From assembly GCA_028826165.1 (NCBI GenBank), contig JAPDFW010000127.1, forward strand, positions 62,001-126,000: a stretch of 64,000 bases of DNA, in the 5' to 3' direction. The position numbers were made by a program, and so were the translations under genes. Below, piece by piece: positions 11,066 to 25,292 of the stretch (position 1 is its first letter; the number at the start of each line of letters is the position of its first letter). The notes beneath the pieces were generated by a model, which had not been told where the DNA came from, did no database searches, and saw only the letters and a program-made list of their open reading frames with translations. This stretch comes from Anaeramoeba ignava BMAN (Eukaryota > Protista > Anaeramoebae).

Positions 11066-14000
11066 ATGTCTTTATATAAGAAAATTGGTTTTGGTGTTAC
11101 AGCTGCAGCTATTGTTGGAGCAGCAATTTATGGAGGTTACAAAGTGAGTCAGCATTATGGATATTTTCAAAAGAAACAAACGATTAAACAAAAGATTGGA
11201 TTTATTGGAAGGTGATTTTAATTAATAATTTATAAAATTATTATTAAATTATTTATTATTAAATTATTAAATTAATTATTAAATTAATTATTAAATTATT
11301 AAATTATTTATTAAATTAATTATTAAATTATTAATTAAATTATTTATTAAATTAATTATTAAATTAATTATTAAATTTATTATTAAATTAATTATTAAAT
11401 TAATTATTAAATTAATTATTAAATTATTTATTAAATTAATTATTAAATTAATTATTAAATTAATTATTAAATTATTTATTAAATTATTTATTAAATTATT
11501 TATTAAATTTATTATTAAATTATTTATTAAATTTATTATTAAATTAATTATTAAATTATTTAATTATTTTATTAAATTAATTATTAAATTAATTATTAAA
11601 TTAATTATTAAATTAATTATTAAATTATTTATTAAATTAATTATTAAATTAATTATTAAAATTAATTATTAAATTAATTATTAAATTATTTATTAAATTA
11701 TTTATTATTAAATTATTTATTAAATTATTAAATTATTTATTATTAAATTATTTTATTAAATTTTAATTTTTTATTATTTAAATTAAAATTATTTTATTAA
11801 ATTATTTATTAAATTATTTATTAAATTATTATTAAATTATTTATTAAATTATTTATTAAATTATTAAATTATTTATTATAAATTAATTATTAAATTATTT
11901 ATTAAATTATTTATTAAATTAATTATTAAATTAATTATTAAATAAATTATTTATTAAATTAATTTATTAAATTAATTAAATTAATTATTAAATTATTTAT
12001 AAAATTATTTATTAAATTATTTATTAAATTATTTATTAAATTATTTATTAAATTTAATTATTATATTATTTATTAAATTATTTATTAAATTAATTATTAA
12101 ATTATTTATTAAATTATTAAATTAATTATTAAATTAATTATTAAATTATTTATTAAATTAATTATTAAATTAATTATTAAATTAATTATTAATAAATTAT
12201 TTATTAAATTAATTATTATTTAAATTATTTATTAAATTATTTATTAAATTATTTATTAAAATTATTTATTAAATTATTTATTAAATTATTTATTAAATTA
12301 ATTATTAAATTATTTATTAAATTATTTATTAAATTAATTATTAAATTAATTAAAAAATTATTTATTAAATTATTTATTAAATTAATTATTAAATTTATTA
12401 AATTATTTATTAAATTATTTATTAAATTATTTTATTAAATTATTATTAAATTATTAATTATTTATTAAATTATTTATTAAATTATTTATTAAATTAATTA
12501 TTAAATTAATTATTAAATTAATTATTAAATTAATTATTAAATTATTTATTAAATTAATTATTAAATTAATTATTAAATTAATTATTAATAAATTATTTTA
12601 TTAAATTAATTATTAAATTATTTATTAAATTAATTATTAAATTATTTATTAAATTAATTATTAAATTAATTATTAAATTAATTATTTAAATTATTTATTA
12701 AATTAATTATTAAAATTAATTAAATTATTAAATTAATTATTAAAATTATTAAATTATTTATTATTAAAAAATTAAAAAATTATTTATTAAATTATTTATT
12801 AAAATTATTAAATTATTTATTAAATTATTAAATTATTAAATTATTTATTAAAATTTAATTATTAAAATTAATTAATTATTAATTATTAAATTAATTATTA
12901 AATTATTAAAATTAAATTAAATAAATTATTTATTAAATTATTTATTAAATTAATTATTAAATTAATTATTAAATTAATTATTAAATTATTTATTAAATTA
13001 ATTATTAAATTAATTATTAAATTATTTATTAAATTAATTATTAAATTAATTATTAAATTAATTATTAAATTAATTATTAAATTAATTATTAAATTAATTA
13101 TTAAATTAATTATTAAATTAATTATTAAATTAATTATTAAATTAATTATTAAATTAATTATTAAATTAATTATTAAATTAATTATTAAATTAATTATTAA
13201 ATTATTAAATTATTAAATTAATTATTAAATAAATTATTAAATTATTTATTATTAAATTATTAAATTATTAATTATTAAATTATTGAATTAAATATTAAAT
13301 TATAGTGGAATGATGGCAGAAGCAATTGCTCGTGGAATACTTGAAAAAGAACTTGTTAAACCAGATCAAGTTATGGGATCTGACCCAATTCCTGAAAGAA
13401 GAGAAGTTTTTAAAAAATATGGTTTTCATGCAACTGAAAACAATGAAGAAGTTGTTGAATTTGCAGATATCATTATTCTTGCAACAAAACCACAAGTTGC
13501 AGAAGAAATGCTTAAACATTTGAAAAACAAAAATTTAGCTGAAGAAAAAGTAAATAAAAATAGGAAAATATAGGAAAATATAAGAAAACATGAAAACAAG
13601 AAAAATAATTTCAAATATTTATTTTATATTTTAAATACTTTCCAAAAACATGAAAACAACAAAAATATTTTATATTCATTTTATATTTATTTTATATTTT
13701 AAATATTTTATAAATACATTTTAAATTCATTTTAAATATTCATTTTATATTTATTTTAAATTCATTTTAAATTCATTTTATATTTATTTTATATTTATTT
13801 TATATTTATTTTAAATTCATTATAAATTTATTTTAAATTCATTTTATATTCATTTTATATTTATTTTAAATATTTTAAATATTCATTTTAAATATTTTAT
13901 ATTCATTTTAAATATTTTAAATTTATTTTAAATTTATTTTAAATATTTTAAATATTTTAAATATTTTATAAATTTATTAGATCGTAGTTACAATTATGGC

Positions 14001-14526
14001 AGGAAAACAAATTGGATGGGTTAAGGAACATTTAGGAGAAAAATCAAAAATTGTTCGAGTGATGCCAAACACACCATTAGCAATTGGAGAAGGAGCAGCT
14101 GGAATTGTTTCAAAAGGATGCTCAAAAGAAGAGGTTGATTTGGTTGTTTCAATCTTCAAATCAGTTGCAGTTGTTGAAGTATTTGAAGATGAATCAAAAA
14201 TTGATATTGTGACAGGACTTTCAGGTTCAGGACCAGCATATATTTTCAGACTCATTGAAGCCATGGTTGAAGGAGGTGTTCAAGGTGGATTAAATGAAAA
14301 TGATGCTCTTGAACTTGCTATTCAAACCGTCATTGGAGCAGGAAAACTTGCTGCAAAAAGACGTGCTGAAAACATTTCAATTCCTAAACTTCGTGAAATG
14401 GTTACTAGTCCTCATGGAACAACTGAAGCTGGATTAAACTTTTTGGATAAGAATCATTTCTATGAAACTGTTTCTGGAGCTGTTGTTAAAGCAACTGAAA
14501 GATCTATTGAACTTGGAAAAAATTAA
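11066..14526 (+). CDS. proC: Pyrroline-5-carboxylate reductase with N-terminal hydrophobic extension
   Basis: Exons 11066-11211, 13306-13549, 13981-14526; IGFIGSGMMAEAI, ILATKPQ, RVMPNTP, GLSGSGPAY, VTSPHGTT. Confidence 0.95.
11212..13305. repeat. About 2.1 kb essentially G/C-free satellite intron (ATTAAATTATTT/ATTAAATTAATT units)
   Basis: Direct reading. Confidence 0.95.
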
Positions 14527-14857
14527 TTCAGAATTTAAATCCAAAACAAGAAATCAAATCAAAATTTAAATTTTAAATTCAAAAACAAGAAATCAAGAAA
14601 TCAAGAAATCCTTTCATTTTTTTGAATTTTTTTTTTCTCTTTTAATTTTCTTTTTTCACTTTTAATTTCTTCTTTTTTTTTTTTTTTTTTTTCAAATTGG
14701 ATTGATTTAGTTTGTTTGGTTCTTTCTTTTGATATTGAGTTTTCCAAATCCAAAAAAAAGAATAAAATCAAAAAAAAAAAAGAAAAAAAAAACATCAAAA
14801 TTTAAAAAAAAAAAAGGAAAAGAAAAATCAAAATTAAAAAAAAAAAAATCAAAATCA

Positions 14858-16562
14858 TTATTGAAGATCAGGAAGTTTAGCAACTTCTTTAAGAAGAATA
14901 GATTTATCTTCTTTAAATTGATCATCATCACGATCGTTATGAAATTGTTTAAGAAAAGAAAGTAATTTTTCCTTGTTTTTTGCAAGAATCTTAACTATTG
15001 GATCTTCTTTTTTTGGATTTGCAACAAATAATTTGAAAATTTGAAAAGCTTCAAATTGAATAGCTTTTCTAGGATCACGAAGTAAATTCATAATTAATTT
15101 GAGATTCTCAACATCAGAAATATATCGAGTCATGTTCTTGAAATTTGAACGATTTAAAAGAATTTCTGAAAGTAATTTTAATGTTTGTCTTGCTGTTACA
15201 TAATTTTCAGATTTTAAAAGTAAGTTCATTTTATCAATAACTCGACTGTAATTTTCTGTTAAAAAAGTTGATAAAACATCAGGATGTTTTGTAAGTAAAC
15301 TCTTTATAAATTAAATAGAATAAAAAAGGATTTTAATTTCAAAATTTAATTTCAAAATTTAATTTTAATTTCAAAATTTAATTTCAAAATGAATTTTAAT
15401 TTTAATTTTAATTTTAATTTTAATTTCAAAATGAATTTTAATTTTAATTTTAATTTTAATTTTAATTTTAATTTTAATTTTAATTTTAATTTTTAATTTT
15501 AATTTTAATTTTAATTGAAATGAATTGATTTATACTTGTAAAGTTGTAAAAGCATCGGATGCAGAATCAAAATCACTAAGTTGAACATAATCAAAAAATT
15601 TCTCAAAATTTTTAGATTTTAAAATGACTTCAGTAAGTTTTTCATTTTGAATACATTCACGAATCATCATTCCAGTATTAAGGGCTATATCAGGATTTTC
15701 ATATCTATTTAAATTTAATTTTAATTTTAATTTTAATTTTGATTTTAAATTTAATTTTAATTTTATAAATGAATTTTAATTTTAATTTTAATTTTAATTT
15801 TAATTTTAATTTTAATTTTAATTTTAAATTTAATTTTGATTTTATAAATGAATTTTAATTTTAATTTCAAAATGAATTTTAATTTTAATAAAAATAAACA
15901 AACCCACGAAATAAAACATCAATAATTTCAGGTTTAAAAAGAATTTTAATTTTAATTAGGATATTTTTAATTTTGATTTTAATGAAGAATTTTATTTGAA
16001 AATTTTTAATTTCAATTTCAAAATGAATTTTAAGATTCAAATTCGAAATATTTTAAATTACTGATCAAATTGCCTAAAATTTCTTGACCAATAATTTCAT
16101 TTGTTAATTGAGTCATTAATTCAGGATTTTTAATTTTAATCTTCCATATAGTATTTTCTTTTTAATTTTTTTTAATTTTAATTTTTCTATTGCTTTTAAT
16201 TTAAACTTTTTCCATCTTTTGATTTTGATTTTAAATTTAAATTTAATTTTAATTTAATTTCAATTTTATAAATGAATTTTTTTCGAAACATTTTAATTTT
16301 TAATTTTTTGTAAAAATGAAAAATGAAAAAATTAAAAAATTTAAAAATATTTTTGCTTTTTCCTTTTTTAAATTTCAAAATGAATTTTTTAATTTTAATT
16401 TAAATTTTCAATTTAAATGAATTTTAATTTTAATTTATTTTTAAATGAATTTTTAATTTTTTTAAATTTAAAAGAATTTTAAATAAAACATCTTTAAATT
16501 TCACTTTTTATTTTAAAATTAATTTAAAAATTCACCATTTTTGAAAGAAGAAAAGAAAACAT
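14858..16562 (-). CDS. CAB39: MO25/CAB39 family protein (5' exons garbled)
   Basis: SENYVTARQTLKLLSEILLNRSNF, IQFEAFQIFKLFVANPKK, DDDQFKEDK; upstream exon YENPDIALNTGMMIREC..FFDYVQLSDFDSASDAFTTL. Confidence 0.88.
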
Positions 16563-17189
16563 TTTAGATTCAAACCCAAATCTTGTTAAGAAAGAACAAA
16601 AGAACAAAAACAAAAAGAATTGATAATTATAAATCTTTCTTTTGAAAATTAAAAATTTTGGTGGTTTTCCATCTTCAAAAGAAAAAATAAAATTGTTTCT
16701 TTTAACATCTTCTTTTCTTTTGTTAAACTGTATTTCCATCTAATTTTAATTGAAGTTTTTGAGTTAATGGTTCAGTTTTTGGAAGATTTTTATTTGCTAA
16801 TTTTTAAAAATGAAAAATGAAAAAAACAATTTCAAAAATTAATTTTTTTAATATTTATTTTTTCTTTTTTTTAATTTTTAATTTTTTTATTTTTAATATT
16901 TAATATTTTAAATTTAATTATTTTTATTTAAATTTTTTATTTTTAATATTTAAAATATTTTAAATAAATTTTACTTTTTAATATTTTTATTTTAAAAATT
17001 TAATTTAAAAATTCAATTTTTATTATTATTATTTTTAGAAGAAAAAAATATTTTTATATTTTAAACCCAAATTTTAAAAGAACAAAAAGAACAAAAATAA
17101 AAGAATTGATAATTATAAATCTTTCTTTTGAAAATTAAAAATTTAATATTTAAATTTAATTTTAAAAGAAAAATAAAATTGTTTTTTTT

Positions 17190-18590
17190 TAACATCTTCT
17201 TTTCTTTTTTATAGGTTGTGTATTTCCATCTAATTTAATTGAAGTTTTTTGAGTTAATGGTTCAGTTGTAATGGAAGAATTTTCTGCTAATTTTTTAGCT
17301 AAATTGAAATGAAAAACAATTTCAAATTAATTTAATATTTATATTTTATATTTAATATTTTATATTTTATATTTAATATTTAATATTTATTATTTATTAT
17401 TTAATATTTAATATTTATTATTTAATATTTATTATTTAATATTTAATATTTAATAATAAATATTAAATATTTAATATTTAATATTTGATATTTAATATTT
17501 ATATTTGATATTTATTATTTTTTATTTATTATTTATATTTTATATTTTTATTAAAATTTATATATTTAATATTTATTATTTAATATTTAATATTTAATAT
17601 TTATTATTTAATATTTAATATTTAATATTTATTATTTAATATTTATTATTTATATTTAATATTTAATATTTTATATTTTATATTTATTATTTTATATTTA
17701 ATATTTAATATTTAATATTTAATATTTAATTAAAAAAATTACCAATAAGTGTAAATAATTCTACAACACCAGATCCATTTTTAGCAGAAGTCTCCATATA
17801 AACCATACCCTTCTCTTTTGCATAATTTTCAGCCTCTTCAATAGAGACGACTCTTCTGTTCTCTAAATCGATTTTATTACCAGCTAAAACAATTAAAATA
17901 TTTGCAGAAATTTCTTTAATTAATTCTTGAATCCATCTTTTTGCTGTTTCAAATGAGTTCTATTAAACAAATCCACATTTAAATAAATATACACAAATGT
18001 TTATAAAGAGATATTGTTGTGATTTTATCAATTTATTGTTTTGAAAATTAATTTTTTTTCAATCAAATATGTTCAAGTTTGAAAAAATTAGATAAAAAAA
18101 TTTCTTACTTTATCAGTAACATCAAATACTGATATTGCAGCACTTGCTCCTCTATAATACATGGGAGCAAGACTATGATATCTTTCTTGACCTGCAGTAT
18201 CCCAGATTTGAATTTTAATCTAAGAGGAAAAAATATGAAAAAAAAATTTTTAAAAAAAGAAAAAGAAAAAGAAAAAGAAAAAGAAAAAGAAAAAGAAAAA
18301 GAAAAAACAGAAAATTTACAACTTTATCATCAATAGGAATTGATTGAGTAACAAATGCAGCTAAAAACATTAAATTTTTTAATTAAATTTTTTTAATTAA
18401 ATTTTTTAATTATTTTTTTTAATTATTTTTTTTAATTATTTTTTTTAATTATTATATTTTTACCTCCTATTGTTGGTTCTTGATTGTCTACAAACTCCCC
18501 TTTGCAATATCTTAAAACTAATGAACTTTTTCCTGCTGCTGATGCTCCTACTAAAACAAGTTTTGGTTCTTGAAAAGGAGTTGAATCCAT
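17190..18590 (-). CDS. Rab5/Rab22-subfamily small GTPase (5 exons)
   Basis: [49 protein letters not shown]; C-terminus IKKKRRC*. Confidence 0.92.
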
Positions 18591-18679
18591 GAATAAAATA
18601 AAAAAATAAAAAAAAAATGAAAAAAAAAAAAATGAAAAAATTTTTTTCGATCAAAATTCATTTTTTGTCAAAATTTCTC

Positions 18680-19260
18680 TCAATTTTTATTCTATTTTTA
18701 TATTTATATTTATATTTATAATTATAATTATAATTATATTTATATTTAGATTTAGATTTATATTTATATTCCACTTTTTATTCCACTTTTTATTTTATTC
18801 TGTTATTTAAATTGATTTAAATTGTTTAAATATTTTTATTTATATTGATATTTATATTTATATTTATATTTATATTTATATTTATATTTATATTTATATT
18901 TATATTTATATTTATATTTTATATTTATATTTATATTTATATTTATATTTATATTTATATTTATATTCCACTTTATTCCACTTTTTATTTTATTTTGTTT
19001 ATTGATTTAAATTGTTTATTTATATTTATATTTATATTTATATTTATATTTATATTTATATTTATATTTAAATTCCACTTTTTATTCCACTTTTTATTTT
19101 ATCTTTGTTATTTAAATTGATTTAAATATTTATATTTATATTTATATTTATATTTATATTTATATTTATATTTATATTTATATTTATATTTATATTTATA
19201 TTTATATTTATATTTATATTTATATTTATATTTTTATATTTATATTTATATTCCACTTTT
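18680..19260. repeat. ATATTT hexamer satellite (intergenic)
   Basis: Direct reading. Confidence 0.9.
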
Positions 19261-19395
19261 TATTCCACTTTTTATTTTATTTTGTTATTTAAATTGATTT
19301 AAATATTTTTATTTTATTCTGTTATTTAAATTGATTTAAATTTTTATTGTTTTTGTTTGTTTAAATGTAAATTTAAAAAAAAAAAAAAAAAGAAA

Positions 19396-22300
19396 TTAAA
19401 AAACAGGTTCAATTTTGAGTGACAATTGGGACAAATAATCAGGAGAAATATTCAACGCAAAAACTGCACGTAAAATATTTTCCATCTTTCCGTTGGGAAC
19501 AAAATTATAGGCAAATTTCTGAGTCTGCTGTATTTGGTACAGGATAATAAACAGACGACGAAGTTTAGCCCAGTTAATCAAACCAAAAACTTGGTCCTGA
19601 AGTTCATTTAGATAAGCAAAATCGAACAAAAAAACGCCAATATAAGGAACAATAGCAGATTTTGATTCAAGAAAGGCATTTCTCAATCCACGAAATTGAT
19701 TGATAGTAGTCAAGTTATCCAAAAATTTGAACATCTCCAAAGATTTGCGGGGAACATTTCCCCACGTCTTTCGCAAACGGAAAACGTGATTTGATTGTAA
19801 GCCTGCCATGACGGCCATAAGATCGTTGAAGTTGCCGAGTGATTGCAAGTAGTTTGCGAGTTGGATGAACCGGGTGATAGTCTCGATACGGCGGGTCATG
19901 TCGCGCTCGCTGAGAATAGAGAGAGTGACCCAGTCCGTGATCTGATTGAAGTTACGGATGATCTTAGAAATTAATTTGTCCGAGTGTATTTTCTGGAACT
20001 TCTTGTTCCGTGACAGCCACTCTTTGATGGTGACGCCGTTGAACATTGACGAGGAAACAAGGGTCAGATGCTTTGCGAACTGGCTGATGCGAATATTTGC
20101 TATGGGGGGTATATCGGACTTGTCAATGGTGATATTTACCTGCGGCTTGAGTCCCACTTCATCGGTATTTTCTGAAGGTGATGTTTTTTCATCCTCGTCT
20201 TTCTTTGTGTGCTTGCTTTGTTCATCCGAATCCTCATCGATATCTTGCAGGAGGAAGTTGATGATATCGTCGCTGTTGACAGAATCGATCTGGTTCTTCT
20301 CGATCAGTTGATCAATAAAGTCGTCGTTGATTTGCTTGTTCATAAACACTTGTATGAATTTCGAGTCCTCTCCAAATTCCAACAGCTTGCCGAGGTCTAA
20401 ATCCGGAGGCATGTCATTCTGCGTCTCCAGCGACATCATCTCGTCAGGACTATCCATCTGCAGATTGGCCTCAGCAGTCCCCAGAAGGAAGGAAAGTGTC
20501 TTGTCAGCTCCATGTTCTGACAGCAGATCCATCCCAAATCCGTTGGTCTCATTGAAATCCCCAACAAAGTCATCGTCGATCACAATCTGCGCCCCGTTGT
20601 TCTTGGTCGGCGAGTTCAGCTGTGGAATATTGTCGATATTTTCCAAGTCAATCTCCTCGAACTCATCCGAAAAATCTGGGACAAAATCATCGTCTTGCGG
20701 GATCGGATCCAAATTTTTCTTGTCGATCTCCTTTTTTTGGGAATCCGACAACTCAGAAGTCTTTGTGTCGGTTGTTTCATTTGCGGTTGTGATGTGTGGA
20801 GTTGAAGAATGCGGGAGATGGGAGGATTCGGACTTTTGGGTGGGTTTCTTTTCTGTTTCAGTTTCCGAAAAAAAAGCACTTGTCACATCACTGGTTGTTT
20901 TTTTTCTGTCTTCCACTCCCTTTATGATCTGGGATATAGTTCTTGTCAAAGACGGCACAAGATTTTCATTTGAGCTGATGCGGTCGATCAAGTTCTCAAT
21001 CTCGCATCCGTTTTTAACAACCCCTGAATCCGTACTCAATAGCAAATCATTCCAGCAAAAATTGTTGATCACTCTTCGAGTTGTCGGTTTTATTATCAAT
21101 CCGAATTTGTAGCGCGCGTGAAGAAAAACTACCAATAGCTTCAGACTCCTCGACTTGATCCTCTCCATTTCCTTTGCGTCAATATCTGAGCGGGATTCTC
21201 CACCGCGATACACCTCGACTAATTTTTTCACAAAATCCCCAGAATCAATAAAAAAATGAATTAATCTTATAACCATTTTGCGGAAAAAATAAAGCTGTTT
21301 TTCCGCTGTTAAAAGCTCAACTGCCTTGTTCAGGCTGGTCGCTTGAATCAAGAAGAACTCCTTCAATCCTTTTTCTTTCTTGGATACTTTTTTCGATAAA
21401 TCTCGACTGTTTAAAAATGTGATGAAGCTTTTTTTCTCGTTTTGGATCGCGTTTTCTTTATGAACCCGAATGTTCGTTGTTTGGCACTTGTACTCATCCC
21501 AAAAATTCACAGAATCATTTCGCAGCATTCCCAAGAGATCATCCTCATCCGAATCGTCTTCTCCTTCTGTTGCCATTTCGAAGCAAATGATCTTCAAAAA
21601 ACTATCATTTTCTACTCCTTGTTCGCCCATTTTCAAATTTTCTTCCAGTTTGACTAGTTTTTCCTTCATGATCTTCTTCTTATTTTTCTTTTTCACAATC
21701 TCTTTTTTCAAAAGCGCGATTATTTTTTGATCTTTTGTTTTTGGGATCATGATTTGTTTTTTAAGTTCGTTAAGAAATGTTTCTGTTGTGATTGATTTTT
21801 CAATTAGAACAATTTTTTCTATTATTGCTTCCATTCTTGTTGATGTGAGAGATATTTTGATAAAGCAACTTATTTTGATAGGTTTTGGTTTGAATTGGAG
21901 AACTAAATTATTATTTGTCTTTTTTATTAAAAATATTAAAATATTAAAAATATTAAAAATATTAAAAATATTAAATATTAAAATATTAAAAAATAAAATA
22001 TTAAAATATTAAAAAATAAAATATTAAAATATTAAATAAAATATTAAAAATATTAAATAAAATAATAAAATATTTAAAATATTAAATATAAAATATTAAA
22101 ATAATAAAATATTAAAATATTAAAATATTAAAATACCATCAATTCATTCAACTTCACACTTATTTTGTCTTTACTATTTGGATCCAACCAAATCCCAAAC
22201 TTATAACTATTTATTAAAAATTCATTCACACTCAATTTAAGTCGAATATTTTTTTGTTCAGCAAAAACACCAGAATTTTCTGATCCAATATCTTCAGAAT

Positions 22301-24664
22301 TAAGTTTACTAAATACAAATGTTGAAGAAAATTCTTTAACAAAATTATTTTGATTTTGATTGTGATTTTGATTGTGATTTTGATTTTGATTCATTTCAGC
22401 ACAAATAAACAATCCATATTCATCAAGACTTAATTTAGTTGAACTAATAATCTTCTTCAAAATTTTTGAAATTAAAATATCAGTTGAAACAATTTTCAAA
22501 GATTGTTCAACTTGATCTGTGATATTTGAAGGAAAATAAATAGGAATCTGCAATAGCTTCTTTTTAATAACCAAAGGAGGATATCCCGTTGTTACTTCTG
22601 ATATTAATTTATTTGGTTCAATTTCTTGTGATCGAAATATAACAATAACATTTCTTTTTCCTCCTTCAGAATATTTATTAAATAATGATTCCATTTGAAA
22701 AATTCGTAATAGTTTTTTGTTGTCTTTTCCTACAAATATTTGTAGATCTGAAATGTCCTGTTGCTCTCTATATCTTTCCATTACCATTCCTGCGGTTGTT
22801 TTAGATTCGTTAATTGAAAATTTTTTAAATGGTATTTGCCATTGAAGGAAAAAAACTGGATAAAATGGATTTTGTTCACTTGGTTCAAATTCTTTAAAAA
22901 AATTATCATCAGAATAACTTTTTGAAAATGTCTATAAAAGATTTAAATTTAAATTTTAATTTTAATTTTATAAATGAATTTTAATTTTAATTTTAATTTT
23001 AATTTTAATTTTAATTTTATAAATGAATTTTATAAATGAATTTTATAAATGAATTTTATAAATGAATTTTAATTTTAATTTTAATTTTAATTTTAATTTT
23101 AATTTTAATTTTAATTTTATAAATGAATTTTAATTTTATAAATGAATTTTAATTTTATAAATGAATTTTAATTTTATAAATGAATTTTAATTTTAATTTA
23201 ATAAATGAATTTTAATTTTATAAATGAATTTTAATTTTATAAATGAATTTAAATTTAAATTTTAATTTTATAAATGAATTTTAATTTAATAAATGGATTT
23301 TAATTTTAATTGAAGATTTGCTAATAAAATACATTTGCAAATGTTTGTGATTTTTTTGCTTTTGATAAACTTGGAATAACTGAACTACAAAGATTTTTAA
23401 AAGATTCCAAATCTGATTTTTCAAGAAAATTTGCAGAAATTATTTGAATCAAATCAATAAATGAATTAAATATTTCTAGTCGGCAACTATTTTTTTTTGT
23501 TTCAAAAAATCGAACAATAGCGGATAATTCTTTGCTTTTTATTTTGGAAAGTATTTTAGGAAGTGATTCAAGTAATGAATTCTTCATTTTAAATTCATTC
23601 ATCATTATATCAATTGCACAAATAAGATTAATAATAGATATATTAATTTGAATTTGTGTTCTTGAGACTTTCTTGATTTTCCATCGAAATTTAATTTTGA
23701 TTTTTTCTGTTGGAAATTTTTGTATTTGATTTAGAAGCATTAAATTTTCTAAAGAATTTCTGTTTTTAATTTTAAATTTAATTTTGATTTTAATTTTGAT
23801 TTTAAATTTAATTTTAATTTTGATTTTAATTTTAATTTTAATTTTAATTTTAATTTTAATTTTGATTTTTTAAATGAATTTTAATTTTAATTTTTAATTT
23901 AAAATTTAAATTTAATTAATTTTGATTTTAATTTTAATTTTAATTTTATAAATGAATTTTAATTTAAATTTGAATTTTGATTTTAATTTTAATTTTAATT
24001 TTAATTTTAATTTTAATTTTAATTTTAATTTTAATTTTAATTTTAATTTTAATTTTGATTTTGATTTTGATTTTGATTTTGATTTTAATTTTAATTTTAA
24101 TATTGATTTTGATTTTAATTTTAATTTTAATTTTATAAATGAATTTTGATTTTAATTTTGAATTTGATTTTGATTTTGATTTTGATTTTGATTTTGATTT
24201 TGATTTTTGAATTTGATTTTAATATTAATTTTGATTTTAATTTTAATTTTAATTTTAATATTGATTTTGATTTTGATTTTATAAATGAATTTTAATTTTA
24301 ATTTTAATTTAAATTTTAATTTTAATTTTAATATAAATTTTATAAATGAATTTTAATTTTATAAATGAATTTTAATTTTAAAATTGAAAAACAAACTTGT
24401 GCTGAATAATATTTTCTTCGTTTACACCAACACAACTTGTAAAAATATTTCCCCAAATAATTATATAAGGTTTTGGAACTTGTTGAGATAAAAGTTGATA
24501 ATTAACTGGAAAAATTATAATTTTACGAAGAGATGTTTGCTAATTAAATAGAAATTTTGAAAATAAGAAAATTGATTGATTTATTATTTAAAATATTGTT
24601 ATTATTTTGTGGTTGTTTTATTTACTTTTTTATTTTTTTGATTTTTATTATTTTTGTTAGACAT
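19396..24664 (-). CDS. RasGEF (REM + CDC25 domains), multi-exon; 5' end approximate
   Basis: QFAKHLTL, FNQITDWV..IL, LGNFNDLMAVMAGL, RLRKTW, IVPYIGVFLFD, INWAK; upstream exons ~24539-24397, ~23740-23333, ~22931-22136. Confidence 0.85.
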
Positions 24665-25292
24665 TTAAAAAGAAAATTAAAAAATGAAAAAAATGAAAAA
24701 AATGAAAATAAAATTAAAAAAAAATTTAAATTTCAAAAAGCAAAAAAAATTATTCAAAAATTGAATTAGATCAATCTAAAATTTACAATTTAAAAAAAAT
24801 AAAAGGGGGTTAAAAAGACAAAATTCTGTTTTTTTTTCTTATTTTTTATTTATTTTATTTTTATTTTTATTTTCTCCTTTTTTTTTCTCCTTTTTTTTTT
24901 TCCACTTAATCATTAGTTAATCAATTAGGAAATAATTTAATTAATTAATTAATTAGGAAATAATTTAAAAATAATTTGGAAATTAAAAGAAATAATAAAT
25001 AAAAGAAATTTTTCATTTTGATTTCATTTTGATCTTTTTTTTTTTTTAAAAGAAAATTTGATTTTAAATCTTCTTTAAATTTTAGATTAACGTTTTTTTA
25101 ATTTTTGGATTTTGGACAACTGGATACAGTTTTTTTTTTAAATTAAAAAGTGATTTATTTTTTTATTTTTTAATTGATCATTTTTTTTCTTTCTTTTCTT
25201 TTATAATTTTTTTTTTTTTTTTAAAATTCTTAGTTTTTATTTTTTTTCTTTTTATTTTCTTTTTATTTTTACTGTTATTTTTTTTATTACAA

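Noticed and set aside
15900-17180. Duplicated Rab last exon and scrambled MO25 5' exons as alternative exons or editing
   Set aside because: Garbled, frameshifted mosaic next to AT repeats; probably an assembly artefact. The same applies to the cyclophilin 3' end (56230-56350) and 63000-63400.
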